A stretch of 64,000 nt of DNA, from contig NC_091989.1 of assembly GCF_044704955.1 (NCBI RefSeq), positions 98,270,001 to 98,334,000 of the forward strand. Reading direction: 5' to 3'. Numbering within the stretch: the stretch's first letter is position 1; the number at the start of each line of letters is the position of its first letter. The position numbers and the translations under genes are program-made. Shown in pieces: positions 1 through 13,033 of this stretch. The notes below the pieces were generated by a model. That model saw only the letters and a program-made list of their open reading frames with translations. It made no database searches and was not told where the DNA came from. Origin of the DNA: Pristiophorus japonicus (Eukaryota).

Positions 1-417
1 TCTCCGCAAAGATTTGAAATATGAAGAAAGATTGCTGTAATGGAGAAATTATATCATAATCATGTGAGAACAGTTTGTCTATTTTTTAAAAATTGTCCCT
101 CATGATGGATCATTCAAATTGTGTTTAGAAGAAAGGTTTAACACCGGGAGCTCGCGGATGAAATTGGTCTTCCGAAAATAAAATCGGTCACGATGTAAAA
201 CGGGTTGCCGATTCGTTATCACTCGTTTCGCGCTAACGCCGAAGAGCAATTTCTCTCCCGCACCCGGCGCGTGCTGTTACAAATGGTTAAAGAAGAAACA
301 AAAACGTGCAGTTTCGTTGAAAATCTATCTAGGTAATAATTGTTTACAGAATCAATAATAGTTATATTTCTGCGAAAAGCTTAATGACTCTGTGATCTAG
401 AGCCTCTTAGCAATTAA

Positions 418-570
418 AGATTTCTGTAATAAAAACAGAAAAGTCTGGAAATACTCAGCAGGCCAGGCAGCACCTGCGGAGAGAGAAACAGAGTTAATGC
501 TTTAAGTCGATGACCTTTAGTCAGAACTGGAAAAAGTTAGAGATGGAACAGAATTTAAGCAAGTACAGTG
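418..570 (-). mobile_element. Short interspersed repeat remnant, probably a Penelope-like element terminus (second copy ~28470-28570)
   Basis: AAACAGAAAA..CTGGAAATA..CAGCA...GGAGAGAGAAAC.GAGTTAATG is shared by both sites; the family assignment is from recall. Confidence 0.4.
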
Positions 571-663
571 GCAGGGAAAGGGGCAGGGGAGGAGAGGGGC
601 AGGCCACTGCGGGGGTGAGGGAGAAAGGCCAATTAACAATGTTTCCAAATATTGGTTTTACAG

Positions 664-837
664 ACGGAACAAATGGCAGCTGGTGACAGGCTGATCTGCG
701 CGACTATAGCATTGACTGGCTCAGAGAAAACAGCGAAATGCAAAAAAAGCGCTAGGAGCACACAATATGTCCAGCTGCAGACCAAAAAACAAAGAGGTGT
801 AACAGAGGTTGCGTACGCAGAAGCAAGGATTAATTAG
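664..837 (+). CDS. Terminal cytoplasmic exon of an upstream IgSF receptor paralog, with ITIM/ITSM-like motifs (TQYVQL, VAYAEA)
   Basis: Acceptor ggttttacag|ACG (phase 0); open to TAG at 835-837; homologous to the exon at 33994; peptide TEQMAAGDRLICATIALTGSEKTAKCKKSARSTQYVQLQTKKQRGVTEVAYAEARIN. Confidence 0.7.
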   Translation, partial: TEQMAAGDRLICATIALTGSEKTAKCKKSARSTQYVQLQTKKQRGVTEVAYAEARIN

Positions 838-1409
838 CAATATATTTTAGCTGGAGAATTCACATATTTGGTGTGTACTGATTGCATTCTGCTTCCACAT
901 CAACTCCACGCATATGTCTATTGTGCAATACCAACAGTCCGGGACGAAACCCATTCCAGTGATATATTAGAGAATGCAGTGTGTAGTTATTAGTTACTGT
1001 TCAATTATTTGATGAATTTTCTTTTAGCTGCTTTTACGAAAAATATAACTATCCTGACATAATTTAATGCTAAATCTGTTCTTTTTAACTGATGACCAAT
1101 CTTTTCACTTTCGATTGCAATGATATGCCAATAGCGTTGCCCTGCCTAATTATCATCATACGTGAATTCTATAATAATAGACGATCTACGATGTCTCTCA
1201 AATCAGCGATTTGTGCTCATTTTTGGCAAGTCAAACGGAAAAACCTCAGCTTTGATTTACGTATCGTATTTCCAAATTCTGATTTCAGTCGAGGAGACGC
1301 TCCTGATGTGAAACGGCTGAAGCTTCAGTCTATGGACTAATACATCAACCTACTGAACGTAGCTAGCAGTTGTTTTATGTCCTCTATAAAGAGCTGTATA
1401 GGCCAAGTG

Positions 1410-1590
1410 GAGTTACAGGATCTTACAGCACAGAAGGACGCTATGCGGTTCATTCTGCCCATCCGGCACTTTGAAAGATCTATCCAATTAGTCCCATTCT
1501 CGCTCTTTCCCCAAAGCCCTGCAATTTTCTCCTTTTTCATGTTTATATCCAATTCAGTTCTGAAAGTTCCCATGTATACTGCTTCCAAGA
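1410..1590 (-). mobile_element. CR1-type LINE 3' stub
   Basis: Resembles the reverse complement of CR1 3'UTRs elsewhere in the window; not seen in the paralogous block. Confidence 0.45.
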
Positions 1591-2254
1591 GTAATTATTC
1601 ACTGGTGTCCCCGTTTCATTTAAAATAAAATCAAGGCAAAGGACATCTGCTGAATTGGCTTTGTCTATTCTCGCTGTTGGTTTTCAAAATAATTCTCGAA
1701 GGGAAGTCAGGCACGACTTGCCTTTTCGAAAGCCGGGCTGATTTGCCCTGATTCGCTCAGGATTCTACAAGAACGTCGTAGTTTTATCCCGAATGACACA
1801 GGGCCAGAAAAGTGCAAGTAATTGTGCAACTGCTTATCTGCCATTGTCTTTCTGTTTACTTCACATTCGATTTTCTCATCTAAGAACAATTAATTGCTGC
1901 AAAATGGAGACAAAGTGGTGTAAATTATTTTGATAATTAATTAACCGAAACAGTGGCACATCTATGTCCAGAAATTAAAAGGTCAATGCGTGGGCGATCT
2001 ATCAGTTCGGATAAAGCTTAAGCCATTAGCTGGGGTTTTATCTTCTGGTTTTCGCTACACTGATATGTTGCTAAATGTTGACACGGGCGAATCGTTTATC
2101 CGAATTAATAAAGGAGGTGGTTCAGTGGTTCAGCTCGACGCAACAACATGTCTTATTCAAAATTGAACTATGTTAATGGCAAGATATTGTAAAGGTATCT
2201 AGTGCTGACTGGCAACAGCTATTTCACACCGCACGTTTTGAGGTAATTATGACC

Positions 2255-3650
2255 TAAGAACATAAGAACATAATAAATAGGAGCAGGAGTAGGCCATTCG
2301 GCCCCTCGAGCATGCTCTGCCATTCAATAAGATCATGGCTGATCGTCTACCTCAACTCCACTTTCCTGCACTTTCCCCATATCCCTTGAATTCCTTAATA
2401 TTCAAAAATCTGTCGATCTCTGTCTTGAATATACTCAAAGACCGAACCTCCACAGCTCTCTAGTTTAGAGAATTCCAAACATTCACCACCCTCTGGGTGT
2501 AGACGTTTCTCCTCATCTCAGTCCTAATTGGCCACCCCCTTATTCTGAGACTATGACCCCTGGTTCCTATCTCCCCTGCCAGAGGAAACGATCTTCCTTG
2601 CTTCTACACTATCAAGCCCTGTAAAAATGTTACATGTTTCAATGAGTTTACACCCCATTCTTCTAAATTCTACAGAATATAGGCCCACTCTACTCGATCT
2701 CTCCTCAGAGGACAACCACCCCCCCCCCCCCATTTCATGATTCAGTCTGGTGAATCTTAGTTGATCTCCTTCTACAGCAAGTATATCCTTCCTTAGGTAG
2801 GGAGACCAAAACTCTACACAATACTGCAGGTGCAGCCTCTACAGGGCCATCTATAATTGCAATAAGATGTCTTTACCCTTATATTAAAGTCCTCTTGTAA
2901 TAAAGACCAACATACTATTTGCATTCTTAATTGTTTGCTGTACCTGCATGTTAATTTTGATTGATTCGTGACAAGGACTCCCAGGTCCCTCTGAACTCCA
3001 ACATTTCCCAATCACTCACCATTTAAAAAATACTCTGCAATTATATTTTTCCTACCAAAGTGGATAACTTCACATTTTTCCACATTATATTCCATTTGCC
3101 ATGTTCTTGCCCATTCAATTAGCCAGCCTACATCCCGTTGAAGCCTCTTTGCATCCTACTCACAACTTACATTCCCACCTAGCTTTGTATCATCAGCAAA
3201 CTTGGATATATTACATTTGGTCCCCTCATCAAAATCATTGATATAGATTGTGAATAGCTGGGGCCCAAGCACAAATCCTTGTGGCACCCCAATAGTTACA
3301 GCCTGCCAACCCAAAAATGACCCGTTTATTCCTACTCTCTGTTTTCTGTCAGTTAACCAGTCCTCAATCCATGCTAGTATATTACCCCCAATCCCATAGG
3401 CCTTAATTTTGTTTTGTGTGGCATTTTATCTGAAAATCCAAATACACCACATCCACTGGTTCCCCCTTATCTATTCTAATACTTACAACCTCACAAAATC
3501 TAACAGATTTGTCAAACATGATTTCCCTTTCATAATTCCATGTTGCCTCTGTCCAATCCTATTATTATTTTCTAAGTGCTCTATTACCACATCCTCAATA
3601 ATAGATTCTAGAATTTTCTCTACAACTGATGTCAGGCTAATTGTTCTATA
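2255..3650 (-). mobile_element. 5'-truncated CR1 LINE (RT C-terminal half plus 3' tail)
   Basis: (TAAGAACA)n tail at 2255; peptides GLYSVEFRRM, QRDLGVLV; strong similarity to 39502-40910. Confidence 0.92.
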
Positions 3651-6025
3651 GGTCAGTTAATGTTCCGTTGTTTAAAAAGGGATAAACTGGGTAATTATGA
3701 GCCAGACAGCCTACCCTCAGTGGTAGGCAAATTATTGGATTGACATTTTTTATGAGGTAACATGGAAGGTTGATGAGGGTAGCGTGCTTGTTTTTGTCTA
3801 CATAGATTTTAGTGAGGGTTTTTACAATGTCCCACATGGAAGACTGGTCAGAAAAATAAAAGTCCATGGGATCCAAGAGAACGTGGCAAGTTGGATCCAA
3901 AATTGGCTCAATGGCAGGAAGCAAAGGGTAATGGTCAATGGGTGATTTTGTGACAGAAAGGCTGCTTCCAGTGGGGTTCCACAGGACTCAGCACTAGGTC
4001 CCTTGACTTTTGTGATATCCCTCAATGATTTAGACTTCAATATAGAGGCATGATTAAGAAGTTTGCAGATGATACAAAAATTGGCCATGTGGTTGATAGT
4101 GATGAAGAACGCTGTTGACTGCAGGGAGACATCAATAGATTGGTCAGGTGGACAGTAAAGTGGCAATTGGAATTCAATCCAGAGAAGTGTGAGGTTATGC
4201 ATTTGTGCAGGGCTAACAAGGCAAGAGAATACACAATAAATGGTAGGATACTGAGAAGTGTAGATGAACAGAGAGAAATTGGAGTGCATGGCAACAGATG
4301 CCCGAAGGTAGCAGGGCAGGTAGATAAGCTGGTTAAGAAGGATACTTTCCTTCATTAGCTGAGGCAAAGAATGTAAGAGCAAGGAGTTTATGTTTTATTT
4401 TTATTCATTTGTGGGATGTTGGCATCACTGACGAGGGCAGCATTTATTGCCCATCCATAATTGCCCTTGAACAGATGGTGGTGAGCTACCTTCTTCAACC
4501 ACTGCAATCCATGTCGTGAAGGTTAGCCCACAGTGCTGTTAGGAAGGGAGTTCCAGGATTTTTACCCAGCGACGATGAAGTATCGATCTTTCCAAGTCAG
4601 GATGGTGTGTGACTTGGACGGGAACGTGGAGGTGGTGGTGGTGTTCTCATGCACCTGTGGCACTTGTCCGTCTAGGTGGTAGAGGTCACGGATTTGGGAG
4701 GTACTCTCAAAGAAGCCTTTGTGAGTTGCTGCAGTGCTTCTTGTAGATGGTACAACCTGCAGCCACGGGACATCGGTGATGGAGGGAGTGAAGGTTTAAT
4801 GTGTTGGATGGGGTGCCAATCAAGTGAGCTGCTTTGGCTTGGATGGTGTCGAGATTCTTAAGTGTTATTGGAGCAGCACTCATTCAGGCCAGTGGAGAGT
4901 ATTCCATCGCTCTTCTGACTTCTGCCTTGTAGATGGTGGAAAGGCTTTGGGGAGTCACTCGCCACTGAATAACCAGCCTCTGACCTGCTTTTGTTGCCAC
5001 TGTATTTATGTGGCTGGCCCAGTTAAGTTTCTGGTCAATGGTGACCCCCTGGATATTGATGGTGAGAGATTCGGCGATGGTATGCTGTTGAATGTCAAGG
5101 GGTGCTGCCATTGCCTGGCATTTGTGTGGCACAAATGTTACTTGCCACTTATCAGCCCAAGCCTTAATGACATTCAGCTCTTGCTGCATGTGGACATGGA
5201 CTGCTCCATTTTCTGAGAAGTTGCGAATGGCACTGAACAATATGCAGTCATCAGCGAACATCCCCACTTCTGACATGATGGAGGGAAGGTCATTGATGAA
5301 GCAGCTGAAGTTTGTTGGGCCTAGGACACTGCCCTGACGAACTCCTGCTGTGATGTTCTGGGGCTGACTATTGACATCCAATCACCACAGCCATCTTCTT
5401 TTGTGCTCGGTTTGACTCCAGCTAGTGGAGAGTTTTCCCCTTGAACTGTATAACAAATTAGTAAGGTCACAGCTAGAGTTCTGCATACAGTTCTGGTCAG
5501 CACATTATAGGAAAGATTTGATTGCACTGGAGAGGGTACAGAGGAGGTTTAGGAGGATTATGCCAGGACTAGAGAATTTTAGCTATGAGGAACATTGGTT
5601 TGGCTAGGTTTGTTTTCCTGGTACCAGAGGAGGCTGAGAGGAGACTTAATTGAGGTGTATGACATTACGAGGAGCCTAGATAGAGCGGATGGAAAGCACC
5701 TTTTCCCTTAGCAGAGAGGCAACTAACCAGTGGGCATAGGTTTAAAGTAATTGGTAGAAGGATTAGAGGAGAGTTGAGGAGAACTACTTTCAGCCAGAGC
5801 TTCGTAGGGGTCTGAAAGTGAATGCCTGAAAGGTTGGGAGAGGCAGAAACTCACATCGCATTTAAAAAGTACTTGGATATGTACTTGAAGTGCCGTAACC
5901 TACAAGGCTACGGACCAAGAGTTGAGGTGGGATTAGGCTGTATAGTTCTTTTCGACGGGCACGTTGGGCCGAATGGCCTACTTCTGTACCATAAATGTCT
6001 ATGTTTTTATTATTCTATGATTCAT
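3651..6025 (+). mobile_element. Degenerate CR1 LINE fragment interrupted at 4395-5440
   Basis: AAGTTTGCAGATGATACAAAA (KFADDTK), WQLEFNPEKCEVMH, then resumes at 5441 with LYNKLVRSQLEFCIQFWS. Confidence 0.88.
4395..5440 (-). mobile_element. CR1/L2-clade LINE 3' fragment nested in the CR1 above
   Basis: ORF 4884-5381: GVRQGSVLGP...MFADDC...WADKWQVTF RT motifs; T-rich tail at 4395. Confidence 0.88.
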
Positions 6026-7071
6026 ATTCAACAGAGATTCAACTTCGCATTTGTAATTGTAACTTTGCTAACCTCACTATCAGTGCAGATGGGAATGTGT
6101 AAGCACTTTGCTTTAAGACATGTTATTTATTCTATTTCAAATATTAATCTAAGTGGTTTTCTAAGAGTATTTTCTGTCTTTGTGTTTTATTCATCCACAC
6201 ACAAATTTCAGTACAGTTAAATTGGTTAAATCTCTGAAATGCATTGCAATTTCCTCATATCCTACAATATTGTAACATTGATCACATGGGCTCACAAATT
6301 GTCGGTTCTGCATATTGTCCAAAACGCCAAGAGAGTTACTGCCTCTACCACCCTTTTAGGCAGTGAGTTCAAGACCTCCACAACCCTCTGGCTGAAAATA
6401 GAAAGCACATATTATTCAATTGTTCCATAATTGTAACCATTTTGTGAGGGTTGTTGCTCCTTCAATTTGTTCCTATCACACTGTTTGACAAAATAGAAAT
6501 TACATTTGGAGATGCTGAAGGAGCAGATTTGCAATTAATTTTAATGTGTCATCTTGAGGTCCCGTTCAAATCACAACGGGACATTGAGCAGAGGCAAGGA
6601 GTCCCCGTTCGTGATGTCACAGGAGAAGCACTTCCATGCAGGATTCCTGCTCCAGGACACCATGCAACCGGCAGAACGATATCACAAGAAAGGGGACTGG
6701 AAGACAGTAATATGATAAAAAGATATGTCCCATGGCATTATTGAAGGAATATAAGACAATTTTGAAGCAGTTTTGAGATGTTTGAATTCCCCTTAAAGAA
6801 TACATTTTCTATGATTATGTATAGGATGATTGAAAAGACAATACGCAGACATATGCGCAGAAGCAACTATACCGGACAATACATAAAAGGCAAATATATC
6901 ATGGCTGCGGAAAATTATTGACAAAGTATCCAACTTCGAAAGTAAATGGGTGCAACTCTTGGCATCTCCATCCAGATAGATTCGTAGATTAGGATTTTGA
7001 TGGTCGCTTAATGTAATCATTGCTGCAAATACATTATTTTGCTTTATATTATAATTAATACATGATCAAAT

Positions 7072-7660
7072 AAACATAAGAACATACGAAATAGGAACAG
7101 AAGTAGGCCATAAGGCCCCTCGAGCCTGCTCCGCCATTCAATAAGATCATGACTGATCTGATCATGGACTCAGCTCCACTTCCCTGCCCGCTCCCCATAA
7201 CCCCTTATACCCTTATCGTTTAAAAAAACCTGTCTATTTCTATCTTAAATTTATTCAATGTCCCAGCTTCCACAGTTCTCTGAGGCAGCAAATTCCACAG
7301 ATTTACAACCCTCTGAGAAAATAAATTCCTCCTCATCTCAGTTTAAAATGGGCTGCCCCTTATTCTAAGATCATGCCCTCTAGTTCAAGTCTCCCCCATC
7401 AGTGGAAACATCCTCGCTGCATCCACCTTGTCAAGCCCCCTCATAATCTTATACCTTATGATAAGATCACCTCTCATTCTTCTGAATCCTAATGAGTAGA
7501 GGCCCAACCTATTGAACCTTTCCTCATAAGTCAACCCCTCATCTCCGGAATCAATCTAGTGCACCTTCTCTGAACTGCCTCCAAAGCAAGTATATCCTTT
7601 CATAAATATGGAAACCAAAACTGCACACAGTATTCCAGGTGTGACCTCGCCAATACCAAT
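7072..7660 (-). mobile_element. CR1 LINE 3' fragment
   Basis: CATAAGAACAT tail and 3'UTR similar to 2255-2860. Confidence 0.9.
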
Positions 7661-8574
7661 AAAGATATGAATAAGAATGGATAATCAACTTAACAGACTC
7701 AAACACGTTTATTTCTTATTTGCTTGACCTTTATGTAACCTCCAGTAAACCCGTTTTACTTGCTCACCACCACAACCCCAATCAAAAGGCAGTTTATTTC
7801 GTCGATTCTCTAGCCGCAAATTGTCGTTATAAGCCTGAGTCAGAGACATTGTGCTTACAGTTATATTCAGAACATGGTTTACAGAGCTTAGAGTCGGGAC
7901 CTCTGATTCCACACGAACAGCAGGATTTCCTACTGCAGTTGATTTTGTCGACGTGAAAAAGAAGTTGCAGCTAACACTGTGGGATGTATCATTTTATATT
8001 GTTGACACTCGATGGAAGCACTGTTCACATTTAAATCACTATCAATAAAACTGTCTGCTGCCCGACATTATGAAGACTGTATTTGCAGCCGCGACCAATT
8101 TGGTTTCAGTGGGAAACACAGGTGAATATCGGTCAATACAAAGATGGAAAATGAGGAACACCACAAGGCATTCCCTGTGAACTTTACTTTTTTTTAACAT
8201 AATATTTCCCACTGAGTTACACCCAGTGCGGTATCGATCTTCATCCCTGTTCGGCTAACTCTTTCTGTCAGTCCGTGATTTGTATTCATGCTGCAAGTTC
8301 AGCATGGCTGGCAAACGGAAACCAGTTCACTTGGAAGCGAAAGTTGGTGACAATGAAATCTGACGGTGTATAATCATTGCCTATGAACCATGTTGGTTTT
8401 GAAAACGCCAGGAAAAATTGATACTTTTCAAACAATCTACGATTCCCGCCGACCGCGTATTTTAGGGCAAAAGCTGCCACTGGCTTTGATAATGAATTCC
8501 AGAGTTAAACAAATAAATGGTTAATTTTGAAAGAGATTTTATTGTGGTTATTAAAATCGCATATTAGCCCGACT

Positions 8575-10330
8575 GCATTGCCTTGCTTCTGGAGCTGTCC
8601 AGTGGCTTACTCTATCCAATTTTCAACCTTGCCGGGTAGATGCGAGTGTTATAGCTGTACTGGAACAGCTTGACTAGAGGTGCGACTAATTCTGCAGCAC
8701 ATGTCTTCAGCAGTACAGCAGGAATGTTGTGGGAGTTCATAGCCTTTGCTTCATTTATTATAGCTCCTGTGTCTACGTTTTATTCAATCACTTCTTTCCG
8801 TATGGTTTCCAGTATCTGTCCTATCACTGTAGTTAATCTGACTGGTCTATAGTTCCCAGGTTTTGTTCTATCTCCCTTTTTGGAATATAGGAATAACATT
8901 AACTGTCCGCCAATCTTCTGCACTATCCCCTCTTCCAAGTAACTCATATACATATAGATAGATAGATATCGACATAGATAAACAAGTGCCACGACTATCT
9001 GCTCTCTAGTTTTTCTGAGTACATGAGGGTGCACATCATCTGGAACTGGGGTGTTACCTTCTTTTAGTTTTCCTAGTTTGTCAATTATTTTCTCCCTTGC
9101 TATCCCAACTGTATTAATAATTTTTCTTCGCTCATCCTCTGAAGAAGTAAATATTGTGTTACCTTTTTCAGTAAAAATTGAGGCGAAGTAGTTATTCAAT
9201 GGTTCTGACATTTCTCTGTCATTACCTGTCAGTTTATCTTGTTCATCTTTTCGTGCCATTATCCCAACTTTAATTTTCATTTTGTTGTTGATGTGTCTAT
9301 AGAGCACGTTATTACTTATTTGTATACTGGTTGATCTTTGCCTTCTGAGTTGTTTTTAGCTCCTAATTCCTCGTTGTCCTCCTCTGCCTTAGTAACTAAT
9401 CACTTCTTATATTTTTTTTCTTTAGGTTCACGGTTCCATTTAGTGCTTTATTCATTCTGTGGTGCCCAATAATTATCTTGCTTGTTTTTGCTTTTAGTGC
9501 AATACGTTTCTCTTGAATGCAATTGATTATCCTTTTCAAGATTTCGCAATCTTTTTCTGTATCTTTGTTTTTCACGATTTTCTCCCGGTTTACCCTCTTT
9601 AGTTCCACGTCATTTACTCATAATATGCTCTTTACAATCTATAACCTTAGTCTTTCACCTACATATATAATTCTTGATCCTAATCTATGTTGGGATCATT
9701 ATTAGTAATATGCTCTCCTACTCTCACTTCTCCTATATATTCTGGCTCATTATCCATGACAATATGCAGTAGTGATTCTTTTCTTGTTAGAATTCTTTCA
9801 CACTGTAAAAACTCAATTCCCTTTTCTCCTTTCGTGACTTCTTTCTGCCAGTTTATTTGAGGGTAGTTGACATCTCGCAGGATTATTCTATGCATGTTGC
9901 TCACCTTGTAGATTTACCTACATATTTCTTCCTCCAATTCCCTTTCACAATTTGGTGATTTATAATAGACCCCTATTAGGGTGATAGTTCCCTTCTTAAC
10001 TCAATCCATATGTATTTTGTATCTATCTAATTGATAGTTTCAGCCAAACTGGCATTATGTTATCTTTAACTAGTACAACTACTCCACATTCCCCCTTCCC
10101 TTTCATTCATGTGTTACATCCTACTATATTTAGTTGCCAATCATGCTCTCTATCCATGTTTCAGTTACCCCTAATATATCCGGATCCTCTCTACAAGTTA
10201 TTGCTTCCAGTTCAAATATTTTGTTTTGAATACTACAAATATTGCTGTACAAACAGTTCACATTATTATTATTTATTATTCCCCTCTCTTCATTTTTAGT
10301 AGTTATTTTACTTTTATGCTCTATGACTTT
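8575..10330 (-). mobile_element. Old CR1-type LINE fragments (endonuclease to RT N-terminus)
   Basis: CLYSNICSIQNK...ILGVTETW; GNYRPVRLTTVIGQILE; 8575-8745 encodes a separate IPAVLLKTCAAELVAPL LINE piece. Confidence 0.82.
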
Positions 10331-10334
10331 ATTC

Positions 10335-10925
10335 AGTCGCTGGAGAAATACCACCAACGATGACTCCGCAAGATCCTAAATATCCCCTGGCGGGACAGAC
10401 GCACCAACATTAGCGTCCTTGACCAGGCCAACATCCCCAGCATCGAAGCACTGACCACACATGATCAGCTCCGCTGGGCAGCCCACATAGTTCGCATGCC
10501 AGACATGAGACTCCCAAAGCAAGTGCTCTGCTCAGAATTCCTTCATGGCAAACGAGCCAAAAGTGGGCAGCTGAAACATTACAAGGACACCCTCAAAGCC
10601 TCCCTGATAAAGTGCAACATCCCCACTGACACCTGGGAGACCTTGGCCAAAGGCTACCCTAAGTGGAGGAAGCACATCTGGGAGGGCGATGAGCACCTCG
10701 AGTCTCACTGCTGAGAGTGTGCAGAAATCAAACGCAGGCAGTGGAAAGGGCGCACGGCAAACCAGTCCCAGTTACCCTTTCCCTCAATGACTATCTGCCC
10801 CACTTGTGACAGAGACTGTGGTTCTCGTATTGGATTGTACAGCCACCTAAGAACTCATGTTAAGACTGGAAGCAAGTCTTCCTCGATTCCGAGGGACTGC
10901 CTATGATGATGATGATGATGATGAC
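10335..10925 (+). mobile_element. RTE-clade LINE 3' end
   Basis: MPDMRLPKQVL; C-terminal CPTCDRDCGSRIGLYSHLRTH zinc finger; (GAT)n tail; matches 45105-45686. Confidence 0.93.
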
Positions 10926-12040
10926 CTGAAGTTTACTTATTGAAATAATTGATCACTTGAGGTCTCCGTTAATTAATTAGGAGAATTTAGCTTGATGTTA
11001 AATATATTCGTAGTTAGTTACTATGATTAATTACACATGCAGGGCGTGAAGTTGCTGCACTAATTGATTAGTTACCCACTAAACAACCCAAACATGTCAG
11101 GACTGGTGCATTTCGGTGTAACTGATTTTTTTAACGAATGATTAGTCTTAATTATGCCATACAATCTCTTTGGCCTTGAAACATTAATTTTATTAATGTA
11201 GAGTCTTTAGAATTTAATTATTGTTGGAGATTTTTTTTAATTCAATGTTTTCTTTGACTTTTTTTATCTCTCTTAATTTTTCCCTGTCTTTATTTTGCTT
11301 TCTTTAAATAACTTTATAGATGTTAAGGCGATTTATATTAACAGACAATATTCATTGTATTTTCATCTCTGTATCCATAACCAGCATAGGGAATGTACGT
11401 AGTTACCTATTAATGTTACAAATACACTGTCGTCACCTGATTTCTAAGTTAACTCGTCTTTTCTATTACTCTTCCAAACTTGCTGGTGAGATGCATCATA
11501 GCACTTGGACCTTTATTTCTCACATTTGAGAATATGCATTAACCCACACATTGAATATTTGGACCAAGTAGAAACATTGGAACAGGACTGGGCCATTTAG
11601 CCCCTGGTGCCTGTTCCACCATTCACTGAGCTCACTGCACTCAGCACTGACAGATACACGAGTGAGTTGGTCAATTCGTGAATGTAAAGAAGTCTGGGAC
11701 TGTTGATTTTAATGACTATGGGAATTTAAAACCCCACCATTCTGATAGGAGAATGCCAACACACGCTATCTCGAAGACTGCATCGTTGTATTACACTTAC
11801 ATCTGATGTATCTAAATTAGATTCTCATTGTTTAAAAGCGCAGAATTATAACTGATGAGGTAGAGAACGCACAAATCAAACGTGCCGAAGGAAGGAGGAA
11901 ACAGCACCGATAGTGAATTAATAAGATATTAAAACATGAATGCATGATCAATCAGTAAAATATACACATTAAATAAAGAGGAACCAACCAAATTAATCGT
12001 CTTTTTGAAAATAATCATGTGTTTTTATTTTCACCATTAG

Positions 12041-12297
12041 CTGAGGTTTACCAGCGGAAACAAGGCTTAGAACATCATAATTACACAATTTACAATAAAA
12101 TATTTAACCAAATTGATACAATAGATTTTTCTGTGTTTTCATCAGATTTTGAGACGTTTTCGGATGGAAGCTTGTTCCTCGCTGAGAGGCCCGAGTTTAC
12201 AGTGTATGGGCTTTCCAGCGATATCACTGTCAGCGGAAATACGCCAGAAAGGGAAGAGTCGACAGCTCCCAACATGCACCACTATGACTGCTTTTAA
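12041..12297 (+). CDS. Candidate orphan terminal exon (Tyr-motif cytoplasmic-tail-like peptide)
   Basis: Acceptor gtttttattttcaccattag (phase 1); ~85 open codons containing TIYNKI and TVYGL; TAA followed by AATAAA at 12331. Confidence 0.3.
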
Positions 12298-12785
12298 CAG
12301 TCTGTGTGGACTCATTGCGAGCATGTACTGAATAAAACCCTTCTCAGTACGCGCCAGACCTTGTGTTTCGTACAAACACCTAACGACCCCCACTGTCCAT
12401 GGCAACAGAAATGTAAACAAGGCGTTATTTGTCTCATGAATACATTAGCCATAGCTGCAATTTATCTGCATGGAACATTAAAGCAACGTAAAACATGACG
12501 TTTTGAACACGTCCTTAAACACCAGTTTTCGATCACTTGGTGATTTATGTAACTACAGATATTACATGCACGTTTTTAATGATTTATGTTACTGCGTTAT
12601 GTGTTTGAAATAAAGTGATTTATTTATAGATCCTGCATTGGTCGAGGAAAATGCTATGTTTTTATTATTTGAATTGTTAGTTCAAATAGAAATTTCAGGA
12701 TCAAATTAAAACAATTGCAAGTTCGTTCAATGGCAGCGTGCATCACTGTGATATTTAAATTTAATGGCAGAGGTAACTTTGATCC

Positions 12786-13033
12786 TAATATGTCCTTACT
12801 ATACAGTACAAATGCACACGAGGCCCATACTCGAGAGAAAGATCACTCTGTGACCAGTAACCTTTATTAGCCAGCACTGAACTGGAGAAGATGGGTGGAG
12901 CTTCCCCTTTTATACCTGAAAGTCCAGGTTAGGAGTATCTCCCACAAGTTCACCATCTAGTGGTCAGTGTTCTCACGGTGTACAACTTAGGTCAGTTTAT
13001 ACATGAATTAAAATGACAGTTGAATACATGGCA
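12786..13033 (-). repeat. Gypsy 3' LTR (248 bp)
   Basis: Adjacent polypurine tract (minus strand ACTTTGGGGGGAGGTGA, 13034-13050) followed by TG; homologous to the other two LTRs. Confidence 0.93.

Larger units (their letters stand above)
1..2250 (+). repeat. Diverged segmental duplicate of 32400-36600 (3' part of an upstream paralogous receptor gene)
   Basis: Colinear matches by eye: 1-57 with 32400-32456; 58-380 with 33076-33420; 635-745 with 33965-34056; 1750-2180 with 36160-36600 (e.g. GTTTTATSCCGAATGACAC, TAAATTATTTTGA). Confidence 0.85.

Noticed and set aside
495-530. Hammerhead ribozyme in the Penelope-like remnant
   Set aside because: Core is degenerate on the minus strand (CTGACTA...AAAGC instead of CTGANGA...GAAAC)
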